The notes under the pieces were generated by a model. It did not search any database and had not been told where the DNA came from. It was given only the letters and a program-made list of their open reading frames with translations. A program made the position numbers and the translations under genes. DNA of 63,419 nt, counting the filler, from Guillardia theta CCMP2712 (Eukaryota > Protista > Cryptophyta): the NCBI RefSeq assembly GCF_000315625.1. It is 8 parts of 8 records of this genome, joined end to end, with 100 filler letters (N's around TTAATTAATTAA, not from the genome) between each part and the next. Parts side by side here need not be neighbours in the genome. Positions count along the whole stretch, not along the records: positions 18,854 to 50,750 come from NW_005434389.1; positions 50,851 to 54,196 come from NW_005434197.1; positions 54,297 to 58,644 come from NW_005434161.1; positions 58,745 to 62,280 come from NW_005434112.1; 4 more parts are not named here. One strand, written 5' to 3'. Positions 48,101 to 61,417 of the stretch are shown in pieces; the first letter of the stretch is position 1; each line of letters starts with the position of its first letter.

Positions 48101-50740
48101 AGACCGACTGCAGCCTTCAGCCCCGCCTCAGACCCCCTGGAGGCCCGCCAGGAGGCTAAGTGTCCGGAGATTGGCCGGGGGCCTGATCTCTCCGGGCGGC
48201 CGTGACCGGTCAGCGGACCGTGTCAGCAGGCCCGTGACATGTCAGCCGGCTGACAGGGGCCGTGACCCGGCTGACAGGCTCACCTGACCGGTCACGTGAC
48301 ACATCACGTGACCGAGACAAGACTTTTTTATATCGCAGATCCAAAAACCCATAGGACATTTCTCCCAGGGGGAAGAAAACCTCCCTTGACCCCCCTGTTT
48401 CTCGACGGATCCTGCCGGCCGGGCCCGTCAGTAGACCGACTGCAGCCTTCAGCCCCGCCTCAGACCCCCTGGAGGCCCGCCAGGAGGCTAAGTGTCCGGA
48501 GATTGGCCGGGGGCCTGATCTCTCCGGGCGGCCGTGACCGGTCAGCGGACCGTGTCAGCAGGCCCGTGACATGTCAGCCGGCTGACAGGGGCCGTGACCC
48601 GGCTGACAGGCTCACCTGACCGGTCACGTGACACATCACGTGACCGAGACAAGACTTTTTTATATCGCAGATCCAAAAACCCATAGGACATTTCTCCCAG
48701 GGGGAAGAAAACCTCCCTTGACCCCCCTGTTTCTCGACGGATCCTGCCGGCCGGGCCCGTCAGTAGACCGACTGCAGCCTTCAGCCCCGCCTCAGACCCC
48801 CTGAAGGCCCGTCAGGAGGCTAAGTGTCCGGAGATTGGCCGGGGGCCCGATCTCTCCGGGCGGCCGTGACCGGTCAGCGGACCGTGTCAGCAGGCCCGTG
48901 ACATGTCAGCCGGCTGACAGGGGCCGTGACCCGGCTGACAGGCTCACCTGACCGGTCACGTGACACATCACGTGACCGAGACAAGACTTTTTATATCGCA
49001 GATCCAAAAACCCATAGGACATTTCTCCCAGGGGGAAGAAAACATCCCTTGACCAACCAGTTTCTCGAGGGATCCTGCCGGACGTGCCTGTCAGTAGACC
49101 GAGTGCAGCCTTCAGCTCCGCATCAGACCCAGCGGAGGCCCGCCAGGAGGCTAAGTGTCCGGAGATTGGCCGGGGGCCTGATCTCTCCGGGCGGCCGTGA
49201 CCGGTCAGCGGGCCGTGTCAGCAGGCCCGTGACATGTCAGCCGGCTGACAGGGGCCGTGACCCGGCTGACAGGCTCACCTGACCGGTCACGTGACACATC
49301 ACGTGACCGAGACAAGATTTTCTTATATCGCAGATCCAAAAACCCATAGGACATTTTTTATATCGCAGATCGAAAAACCCATAGGACATTTCTCCTTGGG
49401 GGAAGAAAACCTCCCTGTGACTCGCCTGTTTCTCGACGGATCCTGCCGGCCGGGCCCATTAGTCGGCCGACTGCAGTCTTCAGCCCCGCCTCAGACCCCC
49501 TGGAGGCCCGCCAGGAGGCTAAGTGTCCGGAGATTGGCCGGGGGCCTGATCTCTCCGGGCGGCCGTGACCGGTCAGCGGGCCGTGTCAGCAGGCCCGTGA
49601 CATGTCAGCCGGCTGACAGGGGCCGTGACCCGGCTGACAGGCTCACCTGACCGGTCACGTGACACATCACGTGACCGAGACAAGACTTTTTTATATCGCA
49701 GATCCAAAAACCCATAGGACATTTCTCCCAGGGGGAAGAAAACCTCCCTTGACCCCCCTGTTTCTCGACGGATCCTGCCGGCCGGGCCCGTCAGTAGACC
49801 GACTGCAGCCTTCAGCCCCGCCTCAGACCCCCTGGAGGCCCGCCAGGAGGCTAAGTGTCCGGAGATTGGCCGGGGGCCTGATCTCTCCGGGCGGCCGTGA
49901 CCGGTCAGCGGGCCGTGTCAGCAGGCCCGTGACATGTCAGCCGGCTGACAGGGGCCGTGACCCGGCTGACAGGCTCACCTGACCGGTCACGTGACACATC
50001 ACGTGACCGAGACAAGACTTTTTTATATCGCAGATCCAAAAACCCATAGGACATTTCTCCCAGGGGGAAGAAAACCTCCCTTGACCCCCTGTTTCTCGAC
50101 GGATCCTGCCGGCCGGGCCCGTCAGTAGACCGACTGCAGCCTTCAGCCCCGCCTCAGACCCCTGGAGGCCCGCCAGGAGGCTAAGTGTCCGGAGATTGGC
50201 CGGGGGCTGATCTCTCCGGGCGGCCGTGACCGGTCAGCGGGCCGTGTCAGCAGGCCCGTGACATGTCAGCCGGCTGACAGGGGCCGTGACCCGGCTGACA
50301 GGCTCACCTGACCGGTCACGTGACACATCACGTGACCGAGACAAGACTTTTTTATATCGCAGATCCAAAAACCCATAGGACATTTCTCCCAGGGGGAAGA
50401 AAACCTCCCTTGACCCCCCTGTTTCTCGACGGATCCTGCCGGCCGGGCCCGTCAGTAGACCGACTGCAGCCTTCAGCCCCGCCTCAGACCCCCTGGAGGC
50501 CCGCCAGGAGGCTAAGTGTCCGGAGATTGGCCGGGGGCCTGATCTCTCCGGGCGGCCGTGACCGGTCAGCGGGCCGTGTCAGCAGGCCCGTGACATGTCA
50601 GCCGGCTGACAGGGGCCGTGACCCGGCTGACAGGCTCACCTGACCGGTCACGTGACACATCACGTGACCGAGACAAGACTTTTTTATATCGCAGATCCAA
50701 AAACCCATAGGACATTTCTCCCAGGGGGAAGAAAACCTCC
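45166..50740 (+). repeat. 332-bp tandem satellite array (~17 near-identical units)
   Basis: Period 332-333 (45306, 45638, 45971, 46303...). Runs into the contig end. Confidence 0.97.
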
Positions 50741-53074
50741 GACCGAGACANNNNNNNNNNNNNNNNNNNNNNNNNNNNNNNNNNNNNNNNNNNNTTAATT
50801 AATTAANNNNNNNNNNNNNNNNNNNNNNNNNNNNNNNNNNNNNNNNNNNNTTCGCATTGTTCCGCTCCCTGACCTGCTCGCTGGGAAAGACTCATGATCA
50901 GACTGTGAAGCTTCACCATTGATCCCCCCCCATGTGACTCACCCTCCCTCCCTCCCTCTCCTTACCTCTAGGTGGAGCAGCAGGATGAATCCTGCCGTCT
51001 TCATCCTGCCATGGCTCAACTGAAGGGTTTAGTTGGTATCCCAGTGACTGAACTAAGTTCGTTGATGCGGCTGTAACGACTTTAGTACCGTCATCGGTGC
51101 AGCAGGTAATAATAGCTCAATTACAGGGGTTGTGGTACTTTACTAGGATTGTTGGACTGGTAGGGTATAATAATTCCCATATATTACCCCTACAATTGAA
51201 GTAAATTTAGGGGGTATTGAAGAGGATGGAAGGGTGGTCTTAGAAGGACAGGGGTCCCAGTGGACTGGGGAAGGGTCGGCCTTATATGTCGGGGCGCGGG
51301 ATGGCCGGGGAACATGGGGGGCATCAGTCGAAGTACGACATGCTGGTGACAATGCAGGTAAGGATCATGGCAGAGAGGGGAGATGTATGATAGGAAGAAG
51401 CTGCAAGATGTTGTTGGAAAGGATATTGTGATGATTGATGGATGGAAATCGGAAGCAAGGAACTTTGTGCACACAGTTCGTGGACCGGGGGCCAGAAGGG
51501 GAGAGAGAATGGTGCAATCAGATTGTGATTCAAACATGAGATCGTGTCTATGGTTGGAATGAAATCAGGCATGAGGGAAGATTGAAGACCGACGAATAGA
51601 TTCATCGTCCTTCTATGGTAAGACAGGCTGACTTGGGAGCACAGGCGGTGTTTGCGAGTTCCTTTGGAGCGATGATGATAGTGGATCCGGTGTTTTTTGA
51701 ATTCATATCTCGGAGCCCCTTTGATCTGCACGCGCAAGATTGTATCAGGTATGGTAGAACACATGCTGCGCTCGGGGCGTCAGTGGTTTTATAGCAATGA
51801 GTCTGATCTCGTTCCTTCCGTTGGGGTGTACAGGGTTTGCGGGCCATTCGTGGTTCTTTTGGGAATTTTCGCGTACAGAACTCGTACGTTGACGGAGGAG
51901 GCTAGAAGAGCATTCTCGCAGACGTGATCCTTCCATTGCCGGCATCCATCGTTATTGTTGACATGGCTGAAAGGTGTTTGATAAGCTACTCTTTGGCAGT
52001 TATTTTATGCTTATGTGGGTACTACACGGGGAGGTAATTCGATTGATCACGGTTGATGTTTGATCTTTCCCTTTTGGAATATTCCTGTCAACTCGCTTGT
52101 GGATTTTTTCATTCTGATCGTGGTAGTGGTCAGGGTAGTAGTTGATTCTGTTAGACTCAGGAAGATCATACTATAGAACACTTCTATCGATGCTCATCCC
52201 CTCCTCTTGTTATCTGATAAGATTCTCGGGCTTGGGAGATCTTCCTTGAACTCAGTGTGATTACCCTGATACTAATCGTCAACTCTGTTCGCAAAGCAGG
52301 AATGCTATGAGCAAACGTTTTTGTTCAATCATGAGACTGATGTGATTTCAACCAAACAGATGGAACCTATGGTTGATAGTGTGCGCGATGATATTCACTG
52401 GTATTGGGGTTGTTGGTCACGGTGAGCAACTTATTTGCAAGAAGAACTCTTTAGAATGTGATAGAACCCTACAGGGGCTTTCGGGCTGTTTGTATCACCG
52501 GGCGGATGCATCAGTCGAAAATAATGTTTGTTTTTTGAGATTATATGAGATGCAAAAAGTTTCTCTAGCATTTCTGTACAGAGACGGTGTCAGTAGTGAA
52601 GCCAGGTGTTTCAATCTTGTGTGCAGTGGCCTTGGCGTGAGTTGGGGCACCTGAATCTTTCCTTTGCTGAAAAGGAATCAAGCAAACGAGTATAGTAAAA
52701 ATATCAATTGGGGGAGAAGGGGAACAAGGTAGTATGTAAGACTATCCTCTTAAAATCTGTCGGTACACAAGATGTCGACCAAAAGAAGAAGGGAATGGTT
52801 GGATGCGCACGAGTTCGAAGAGAAAGTCTTTGTGTTGTGAGACAATATTAGCTTGATTTAATGACTCATTCAGGGAGTTTCAAAAGCGCAACGCGAGGGC
52901 AAATCATGTATCGACCTGTCTATCAAGCTCACGGTGAAGACTAAGAAAAATCGGAGAACTATCACAACAATTCATCAGCTTGATTTACACCCGACTAACG
53001 TAGAGATGCCTGAAAGAATAACAGAGTACAGGAGAACGAAAGAACCATCCAGAAAGTTCATCACACTGACACAT

Positions 53075-53731
53075 TCAAGACTTCGGAAGGTCATTCTTCA
53101 ACCTAGCGAGATTCTCCGGCCGAAGAGCTTTCGAGATAGCGGATAAGCTTTTGTTGTACATAGCAGCCAATTCGACCTTGCTCTTTCTGACGTCCGGGTC
53201 CTTGGAATGATGAAGCCTGGCGATCTCAAGGCGCTCTTTCAGGCTGAGACGCGCCTTCCCTTTGCAAGCCGCCTTATGCTTCTCCCTCTCATCATTCGAC
53301 CATATCCTGCCTTTCCTACTTGGCCTCTTCTTCTCCTCGAGAGGTACAGAGGTGGGTACCTGGGGGTGCGACGCCAGTGAAAGAGGTCCAGATACAGGGG
53401 CCTGATTGACTGAGGCCTGAGTGATTGGGAACTGCGTCACTGGGAAATGAGCCAGTGAGATCTGGGAAAGTGCGATGGGTGAAGCCTGCAAAGAAAAAGG
53501 ATCCGGGAAGGGATTTTGCTGCGTTCTTGGAGTCTGGAGAGGAGGGAGGATGGGAGGCATCACCAGAAACATCGCGGTCGTGCCTGCCTGCGTGGGAGGA
53601 GAGGGAGAGAGAATGCATGCGGAATATGAGGTTGGTTGCGGGGGAGGTATCGATAGAACAACCAGCTTTGGCACGCCGCCGAAAGCTGACATGAGAAAAA
53701 TGTATGTCGAGAATCCGCTATGCACGTTCAA
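53075..53731 (-). CDS. Pro-rich protein with C-terminal CENP-B/Psq-type helix-turn-helix; 5' end uncertain
   Basis: KARLSLKERLEIARL...SKVELAAMYNKSLSAISKALR fits the CENP-B N-terminal HTH pattern. Confidence 0.65.
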   Translation of the reverse strand: MNVHSGFSTYIFLMSAFGGVPKLVVLSIPPPQPTSYSACILSPSPPTQAGTTAMFLVMPPILPPLQTPRTQQNPFPDPFSLQASPIALSQISLAHFPVTQFPITQASVNQAPVSGPLSLASHPQVPTSVPLEEKKRPSRKGRIWSNDEREKHKAACKGKARLSLKERLEIARLHHSKDPDVRKSKVELAAMYNKSLSAISKALRPENLARLKNDLPKS

Positions 53732-54386
53732 GAGAGGGAGAGTCTTGGAGGATGTTGACCTGAAGACTGAGCAAACTAAGGCGTCCAGGAGCCCGAGGAG
53801 GATCCGAAGGAGGAGGAGGCGGAGGAGGCGGAGGAGGCGGAGGAGGCGGAGGAGGCGGAGGAGGAAGGCAGTACGTGGGGAATGTCAGTAAAAGGACTGC
53901 AAGGAGGTACACTTCGAGGTCGATCGATCTTAACATCGACTCACTACCCCCCAGAGCTCCTATGTACCCCTACCTATGCCATGAATTCTGTGGTACAGCA
54001 CCCCGTTCTCAGCACTACCCACCCTGATTTTTTACTTTCAGTCAATCTAAGGACTACCCCTGTAGTGTGACTAGTTGATTTTTTGTCCTCCCGCTGAACT
54101 TTCGGAGCCTGACCACCGGTGGTACCCGGACACTGTTTGTCACCCTACCCCCTGTACACAGATCCTTCCGTCAAAAGTCACCCTAGGCTAGTACCCNNNN
54201 NNNNNNNNNNNNNNNNNNNNNNNNNNNNNNNNNNNNNNNNTTAATTAATTAANNNNNNNNNNNNNNNNNNNNNNNNNNNNNNNNNNNNNNNNNNNNTCTC
54301 TTCTCATCTTCTCCTTGTCCTCCCTCCCTCTTAACCTCGTCTGGTTCAACCCCCAGTTCTCTGCTCTTCGTCTGAATCTCCTGCAG

Positions 54387-55139
54387 GCACATGCGTCAAA
54401 GCTTGCAAAGCTGCTCAGAGATCCAACCTTTCATCCGTTCGTGCTGGACCTCTCCGACCCCAAGTAGCCCCCTCCTCCCTCCCTTCCCCTCTCCTCCTCC
54501 CCTTGCCTCTCTTTCTGATCTGCTCCGATAACATGGCATGCTCTTGTCATGGTTTCCATACCCTCACTCCTTTCTGCAACTCTCCTGCTCTCCATGGTTT
54601 TCGATTCCTCTCCCCGCCTCCTCACCTCCGCTGTCCTCGCTTTCTGCCTCCTTACGGTATCCCCAGCAACCCTCGTGAGAAGACGAACCGACGGGACCCT
54701 CGTCTCCTTCAGATCCGTCACGACTACGGCACAGCCGTAGCAGAGGACATGATCCGGGCCCTCCACGAGCTGAATACGTAAGCTCCTCCCCCTCCCTCCA
54801 TCCCTTCCTCCCCCCCTTCTTCCTCGCGCCCTCACCTCTTCCGTCTTACTCCGCCTTCATCGTTTATTGCTTTCTCCTCTCTCTCCTTTGTATTCCTTGC
54901 ATTCCCTCCCCTCCTTCCTCCCTCCCTTTCCCCCATCGCTTCTGCCTGCTTTCACCCCCTCAGTCTCATCCTTCATCATCAGGTGGAACGCCAGTGGCCG
55001 CTACCCTGTGGAGATCCCATGGAACGACAAGGAGGGGAGGGAGCTTGCACCAGCAGAAGTGATACAACTTCTCACGGACAACATGAACAGCATGAGCTCT
55101 GTCACGATCGCATCCCAGCAGATCAACAGGAGGCGATGA
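54387..55139 (+). CDS. 3' exons of a hypothetical multi-exon gene, paralogous to the gene at 57132
   Basis: Exon AHASKLAKLLRDPTFHPFVLDLSDP also occurs at ~58490. Two further exons end in INRRR*. Confidence 0.5.
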
Positions 55140-55410
55140 GGGAAGAGCCTGGGGGGGTTTGCTCTTGAAGTATGAATGTCGTACATGAAATGCAGAAACC
55201 AGCACGCCTCTCTGTCTCTCTGTCTCTCTATTCCCCTTCTCCTCCACCCGCTCGTGTTCGATGTGCTGGGAGGCAAGTGAAACGTGAAATCTGTAAGCTA
55301 GAAGAGAGAAAGTAGGTAATTCACAGCAGGTTGAGGAAGGTGAGGAGAGCAGCGGAGCAGCTGGAGAAGGAAGCACAGGTGCGAAGGCAAAGAGGGTGAC
55401 AAGATAGAGG

Positions 55411-57801
55411 TGACATGCGCAAGCTTCTTTGGTTGATGTGTCAAGGACTCGTGCAGGGACCTGATCCTCGAAGCATTTTCGATTTATTGTTTCGATCAGC
55501 ATCACATGTAATTGCACCGAAGTAGTGCAAGACGCTGGCTGATAGGTGGATGTTGACACCAGCTGTGGGATCAACGCAAGATCCTTCTGTCTTGCTCGTC
55601 TTCCATCAAGTCCCGAAGAATCTGTTCGACCTTGTCACAATCTTCGAGGTTGAGGACAAGGGCAGTCGCATGAGGTTTTCCATTCTCGGTCACATAGATT
55701 ACGCCGGAAGGTCTATTGAATGGATCACAGCACTGCATCTTCTGCCAAGCCGCGAGATTCCAGTCAGAGACCGTGAGAGACCATCATGGGGCAAGTCTCA
55801 CCTTCTTGACGTCAATATGCGAAATGCTGGATGTGTCGATGTTGATAGTCGTTGTTTCTAGACAGAGACCGCAGAAGTTCGGGGAGAATGCCTCTATCCT
55901 CACGTTAGCCATCGTAATCTTGATCTGCTGGTATGTAGTCGGGATCAGGAAGAAACATTGCCGCCAACCCTGCCCTTCCCAGGCAACAGCATTTCGCTCC
56001 TTTCTTTTCTGTGCTTTCAGGTCCTGCGAGCTTACCATGACAGGAACGTCAGCCATGGCTACTGGCGTCGCTCTGTCCATGTTCGCCGCGCAGAGTTCAC
56101 CGGGAATGCCGTGATGACAAAACGATTGACTGCTATATATGTAAAATTAGGGGAGATGTATATAAAGAGTCGGTACAAATCTAAAAAAAAATTTTGGACA
56201 AAAAACCTCAAACATAGTAAAACCCCGTTCCGGGGTACCTTGGTGCCGATAAGGGGGGGGTTAAAATCCCCCCGGGGAGGTAAGGAAATTTTCTTTGAGT
56301 TACCCCCCCCAAATACTACCCCCCCCCCCCTTTTTCCCAGCAGGGGGTTTCATTGGGTACCCTTTTTGTATGAAAAAAGTGGGAACAAATCTGGTTAAAA
56401 TTGGGTCAAAATAGCTCACCATAGTACAACCCCTTTATGGATTCCCTTGTGCAAAGGGGGGGGGGTTAAACCTCCCCTGTAAGTTAGAAAATTTTTGTGA
56501 TTTTCATCCCCACATACTACCCCCTCCCCCCCCCCCCCCCTTTTCCTCCCAGTACAAGGGTTCATTGTGTACCAGACAATTCCCACCTAACAGTAGTGGA
56601 GTTCTATCCCCCCTCATCTGCACGAGGTTCTCGGTAACGGTCAGCGGCTGTACTATGTCGAGCTATTCAAGATTTGTACCAGATTCATACATTTGTACCG
56701 ACTGCTTATATACAAAGCGGTACACAATGAAAAACCTCGTTCTTGGGGAGGGGGGGGGCGGGGTAGTATGTGAGAACGTGACTCACAGACATTTAGTTCC
56801 CACCTCACAGTCACCCGTGGAGTCCTACCCCCCCCTTATCGGCACGATGAGGGGGGTAGAACTCCAATGAAACCTCGTGCTGGGAAGAGGGGGGTGGGGG
56901 TAGTATGTGGGGCGTAACTCACAGACATTTCCTACCTCACAGTGGAGTTCTAACCCCCCCTTATATCGGCACGAGGTACCCGGTAACGGTGTTGTACTAT
57001 GTTGAGCTATTTGTACCAGATTTATATTCAGATTTGTACCGACTCTTTATATACATCTCCCCTAATTTTACATATATAGCAGTCAATCGTTTTGTCATCA
57101 CGGCATTCCCGGTGAACTCTGCGCGGCGAACATGGACAGAGCGACGCCAGTAGCCATGGCTGACGTTCCTGTCATGGTAAGCTCGCAGGACCTGAAAGCA
57201 CAGAAAAGAAAGGAGCGAAATGCTGTTGCCTGGGAAGGGCAGGGTTGGCGGCAATGTTTCTTCCTGATCCCGACTACATACCAGCAGATCAAGATTACGA
57301 TGGCTAACGTGAGGATAGAGGCATTCTCCCCGAACTTCTGCGGTCTCTGTCTAGAAACAACGACTATCAACATTGACACTTCAAGCATTTCGCACATTGA
57401 CGTCAAGAAGGTGAGACTTGCCCCATGATGGTCTCTCATGGTCTCTGACTGGAATCTCGCGGCTTGGCAGAAGATGCAGTGCTGTGATCCATTCAATAGA
57501 CCTTCCGGCGTAATCTATGTGACCGAGAACGGAAAACCTCATGCGACTGCCCTTGTCCTCAACCTCGAAGATTGTGACAAGGTCGAACAGATTCTTCGGG
57601 ACTTGATGGAAGACGAGCAAGACAGAAGGATCTTGCGTTGATCCCACAGCTGGTGTCAACATCCACCTATCAGCCAGCGTCTTGCACTACTTCGGTGCAA
57701 TTACATTTGAAGCTGATCGAAACAATAAATCAAAATTGCTTCGAGGATCAGGTCCCGGCACGAGTCCTTGACACATCAACCAAAGAAGCTTGCGCATGTC
57801 A
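55411..57801. repeat. Large inverted duplication (arms ~55411-56182 and ~57030-57801, degraded toward the centre)
   Basis: The same ORFs appear on opposite strands (55784-56080 minus, 57132-57428 plus) with scattered substitutions. Confidence 0.9.
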
Positions 57802-58644
57802 TCCAAGTTTTTTCTCAAGATTGCCGCGGAGGTGCTAACTCGGAATGCAAGAGCACTTAGAACTGACTAGCCTGAGCATTGCACAACAGCTCGTAGCAGG
57901 CCCAGGAAGCAAGGTTTATTACTTGCAGCATACGTACCTATAACAGCTATATCACTCTCCAGAACGGGTGCAAGAACCTATCTTCTTATCTATCAGAGCT
58001 CTGATGCGCTCCCCAAAGGCACGCTCAAGCCTCCGCAGGGAGGAGTCTTATTGAGTTGGAGTGGGCAGCAAGAGAAGCTATGGTCTTCTCTTACAGCCAC
58101 AAGGGCAGCAAGGGCTCTAACGGCTACCAGACCTGTAGAGTACAACCCCTGTTGGGCGACAGAGAGTGCCAAGTACGGGTGGTATCTCCTGTACTGGTAC
58201 GATTGGATGAACCTGAAGGAGGAGCAGGCAGCAGACCTAAGCGGACGCACGCGGGATGCTCGCTCGTGCGTGAGGAGCCTGACGTGACCACCCCTGGTGG
58301 TTCCCCTCGACTATAACTTGACAACTGCTCAGGTGGTCTGCCCTTCCCTTGCTGTGTGTGCCACGAATCGATAGTGTGTTCGTGTTATCAAGTAAACTTC
58401 ATGTCTCTACTCTTCTCCTTTGTGTGTGATCCATTCGCTGTAGACGTCCGCCAAATCGTGTCACAACCCGAAGCTTTACAGGGGTTGCAGGCACATGCGT
58501 CAAAGCTTGCAAAGCTGCTCAGAGATCCAACCTTTCATCCGTTCGTGCTCGACCTCTCCGACCCCAAGTAGCCCCCTCTTCCCTCCCTTCCCCTCTCCTC
58601 CTCCCCTTACCTCTCTTTCTGATCTGCTCGGATAAATGGCATGC
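57132..58644 (+). CDS. Hypothetical multi-exon gene, truncated by a gap
   Basis: ATG at 57132, GTAAG/GTGAG donors and coding-like exons. No recognised domain. Confidence 0.45.
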
Positions 58645-60717
58645 NNNNNNNNNNNNNNNNNNNNNNNNNNNNNNNNNNNNNNNNNNNNTTAATTAATTAA
58701 NNNNNNNNNNNNNNNNNNNNNNNNNNNNNNNNNNNNNNNNNNNNACCCTACCTCCCTTCCTACTACCCCCCCTCCCCCCCACCCCCCCCTCTCCCATCCA
58801 AGTTCTTATCCACTGAATGCTCGCTGCCATATATCAACTCTATTCCCATGATCCACACCCTGTCACCAACACATGCCTCATCCCCATCCCCTCACACACC
58901 CCATCCCCATCACGAGCACTTACTTCCTGTCTATATCCTCATCAAACAGCATGATTCCTCCCCTTACCTGAAACCACAGGATCGCAGTTTCCGAATGCAT
59001 CACACCGCCGCCCCCACAGCAGCATTATTGCCGACCCTTCGCCGCCCGGATGTTACCCTCATCCCCGCTCATGTACGTTATTGGCCTGCACCCCGCACCC
59101 CCGCTATGACCCTTAAGCTTTTGTCCACTCTGTGTCCACTACAGGTGATGTTTCCCTCATCCCCGCTCATGTACGCAATTTGCCCCTCATTCAGCCCCCT
59201 CCAGTCTGGTCTGATCTGGTGTCCCACTTTTGGTGCCAGCATGCAATTTAGTACCGGGAATCTGTGATCAATATTCGTACAAATTACATTCCCAGTACCC
59301 TACTTCTTTTGATCAAATATTTAACAATTTCCTAAATATCTCATACAGTTTGAGATTTTTATTTGTACCTGTATGCCGCCTTGCAACAGATTCTCGTACT
59401 GAGTGTTTCAAAAACCATTTTAGTTTCGCTGGTGTAACCAAACGAGGGCCCCTCCCAATAATGGTTCCGCCACCCGCAAGCCACCCACCCACCCCCAGGA
59501 CCCTTCACACAACCAGCACCCCACCCTGAACGTTTGAAATCCCCGGAAAATACACCCTCTTCTTCTACCCCTACCCATGTTTTTATTCCATATATCACCC
59601 CCTTCGATGCTTCGGCCTCTTATCACAACTACTACTGGCAACGATCCTTCCCCAGAGAAAAAGGGGGTTGAAGAGGTGGTGGATACCCCTCTTGTTGATA
59701 TATAAATGAGGGGTACAGGGGTGGTCAATATTTTTTTAATTTGTAGAAACTTCTACGGGGGTCCTAGGAAGTCGGACAAGCAAGGGGGTATACAGCGACA
59801 TTTGGCCTAAAAATCAAAATCCATAGCACCGGCTAAGACTTTCCTAGGACCCGCTATAGAGAAGTGGCAATGCACCCTTGCACCCCAGAGAGACCTGGGA
59901 CCTGACCTACCCCTACCCCTACCCCCCAGCACGACCACAAGGCAACATATCGACCACCGGTACAAGGCGGGATATACCCCGTGGAATTCTTTTCACCATT
60001 GCAAGAGGTGTAGCCTCGATTCCAGGGGTGGTCAGGTTTTTTACCTGGGGTGGGTGGTTTATGTGCAGTCGGAGACTACTTTTGAGGGGGTGATGACATA
60101 TGGTTCTGGGGGGTCGTGGGGTTCATAGGGAAATCGATTTTCCATCGAGAACGGGTGGGGTATTAAAGATAACCTGGGGTGGTGGTTAGGTTTTCACGAA
60201 TTCTAGAGGTCGGGGGATGAAGTCGATTAGGTAGGGTGGTGGAAAATATCTCAAGGGTGTAGTGATACTTGGGGGTGATGATCAGTTCTTGGTAAGGTGG
60301 GGTAGTCAGGGGTGGGGTTGTCTGATAGAAGCAGGGGAGGGTGTTGACCATGTGTACCAAAATTGTGCCTGGGATGAATTTAACTATTGTGGGAAGGTGA
60401 TGGTGTGGTCGTGAGAGAAGCAAGAAGGAGAAGAAGAGAAGAAGAGACGAAGAGAAGAAGAGAAGAGAAGGAGAAAGGAAGACAAGAAGTGAAGAAAAAC
60501 AAAGAGGGAGGTCAATCAAGCAAAGAAATCACAGGAGCAAGGCCATCTGCGTATCATTTGAAGGAAGTGCACACCAGGCTCGAATACAAGCGACTGTCAC
60601 GAAGGAAGGTTCAGAGGACAAGACAGAACAAACCGGCAGCGGGACTTTCAGGATCTGAAATTGATCACGTCATCGTTTGATATTCAGGCAGGAGGATCGA
60701 AGAGTACCGCCAGTGAA

Positions 60718-60935
60718 CAGCTTATTGTGAGGCTTGACAACCCATAGCTTACTGTGAGGCTTGACAACCCATAGCTTATTGTGAGGCTTGACAACCCATA
60801 GCTTACTGTGAGGCTTGACAACCCATAGCTTACTGTGAGGCTTGACAACCCATAGCTTACTGTGAGGCTTGACAACCCATAGCTTACTGTGAGGCTTGAC
60901 AACCCATAGCTTACTGTGAGGCTTGACAACCCATT
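60718..60935 (+). repeat. 27-bp minisatellite x8 (CTTAYTGTGAGGCTTGACAACCCATAG)
   Basis: Directly visible head-to-tail repeat without spacers. Confidence 0.95.
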
Positions 60936-60940
60936 TCACC

Positions 60941-61417
60941 ATGTGCGACGAGATCATAGAAATTTTGCAGAACTATGACTCGTCGGATGAATCCTGCAGG
61001 GAGGATGAGAATGTTTGCTTCAAAAACAGCGACCTGTCAGACATTTTCTTATGCATCGCTCTGGGGCATTCGCTGAAACGCACGGAGAGTTTATTCAAGA
61101 TATTTCCTATCGAGTTGATACAGAACTGTCTGTGTGCTGAGATCAGGCAGCAGTTTTGGGCCTTTCAGTCAAGCATTGGTTACGTGACGCCCGAACCCTT
61201 CGCCCCTGCCTGCTGGAACACGGCTCCTCCTCCTGTCTCCCGTCGAAAGATCAAGTCTGAAGCGTTCAGCTCGTCGGAGTATGCGAGGAAGCATCAGCCG
61301 GTGAGGGAGGTGAACTGGCCGCAGAGCGTGCCTGGCAAACTCCCCAAGCATTTCCACGTGCTGGAGGTGGAAGGATGGGATCAGGACATGGCGGGAGGTG
61401 ACGGCATGTGCGAATGA
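60941..61417 (+). CDS. Hypothetical protein
   Basis: ATG immediately after the minisatellite opens a ~158-aa ORF. Confidence 0.4.
   Translation: MCDEIIEILQNYDSSDESCREDENVCFKNSDLSDIFLCIALGHSLKRTESLFKIFPIELIQNCLCAEIRQQFWAFQSSIGYVTPEPFAPACWNTAPPPVSRRKIKSEAFSSSEYARKHQPVREVNWPQSVPGKLPKHFHVLEVEGWDQDMAGGDGMCE

Noticed and set aside
45306-50643. Repeated 107-aa ORF MTHHVTETRL... in each satellite unit
   Set aside because: It starts at GTG, has no domain, and is broken by indels in several units. It is a by-product of a GC-rich repeat.
60718-60935. CRISPR-like array
   Set aside because: The repeats are head-to-tail with no unique spacers, the context is eukaryotic and there are no cas genes.
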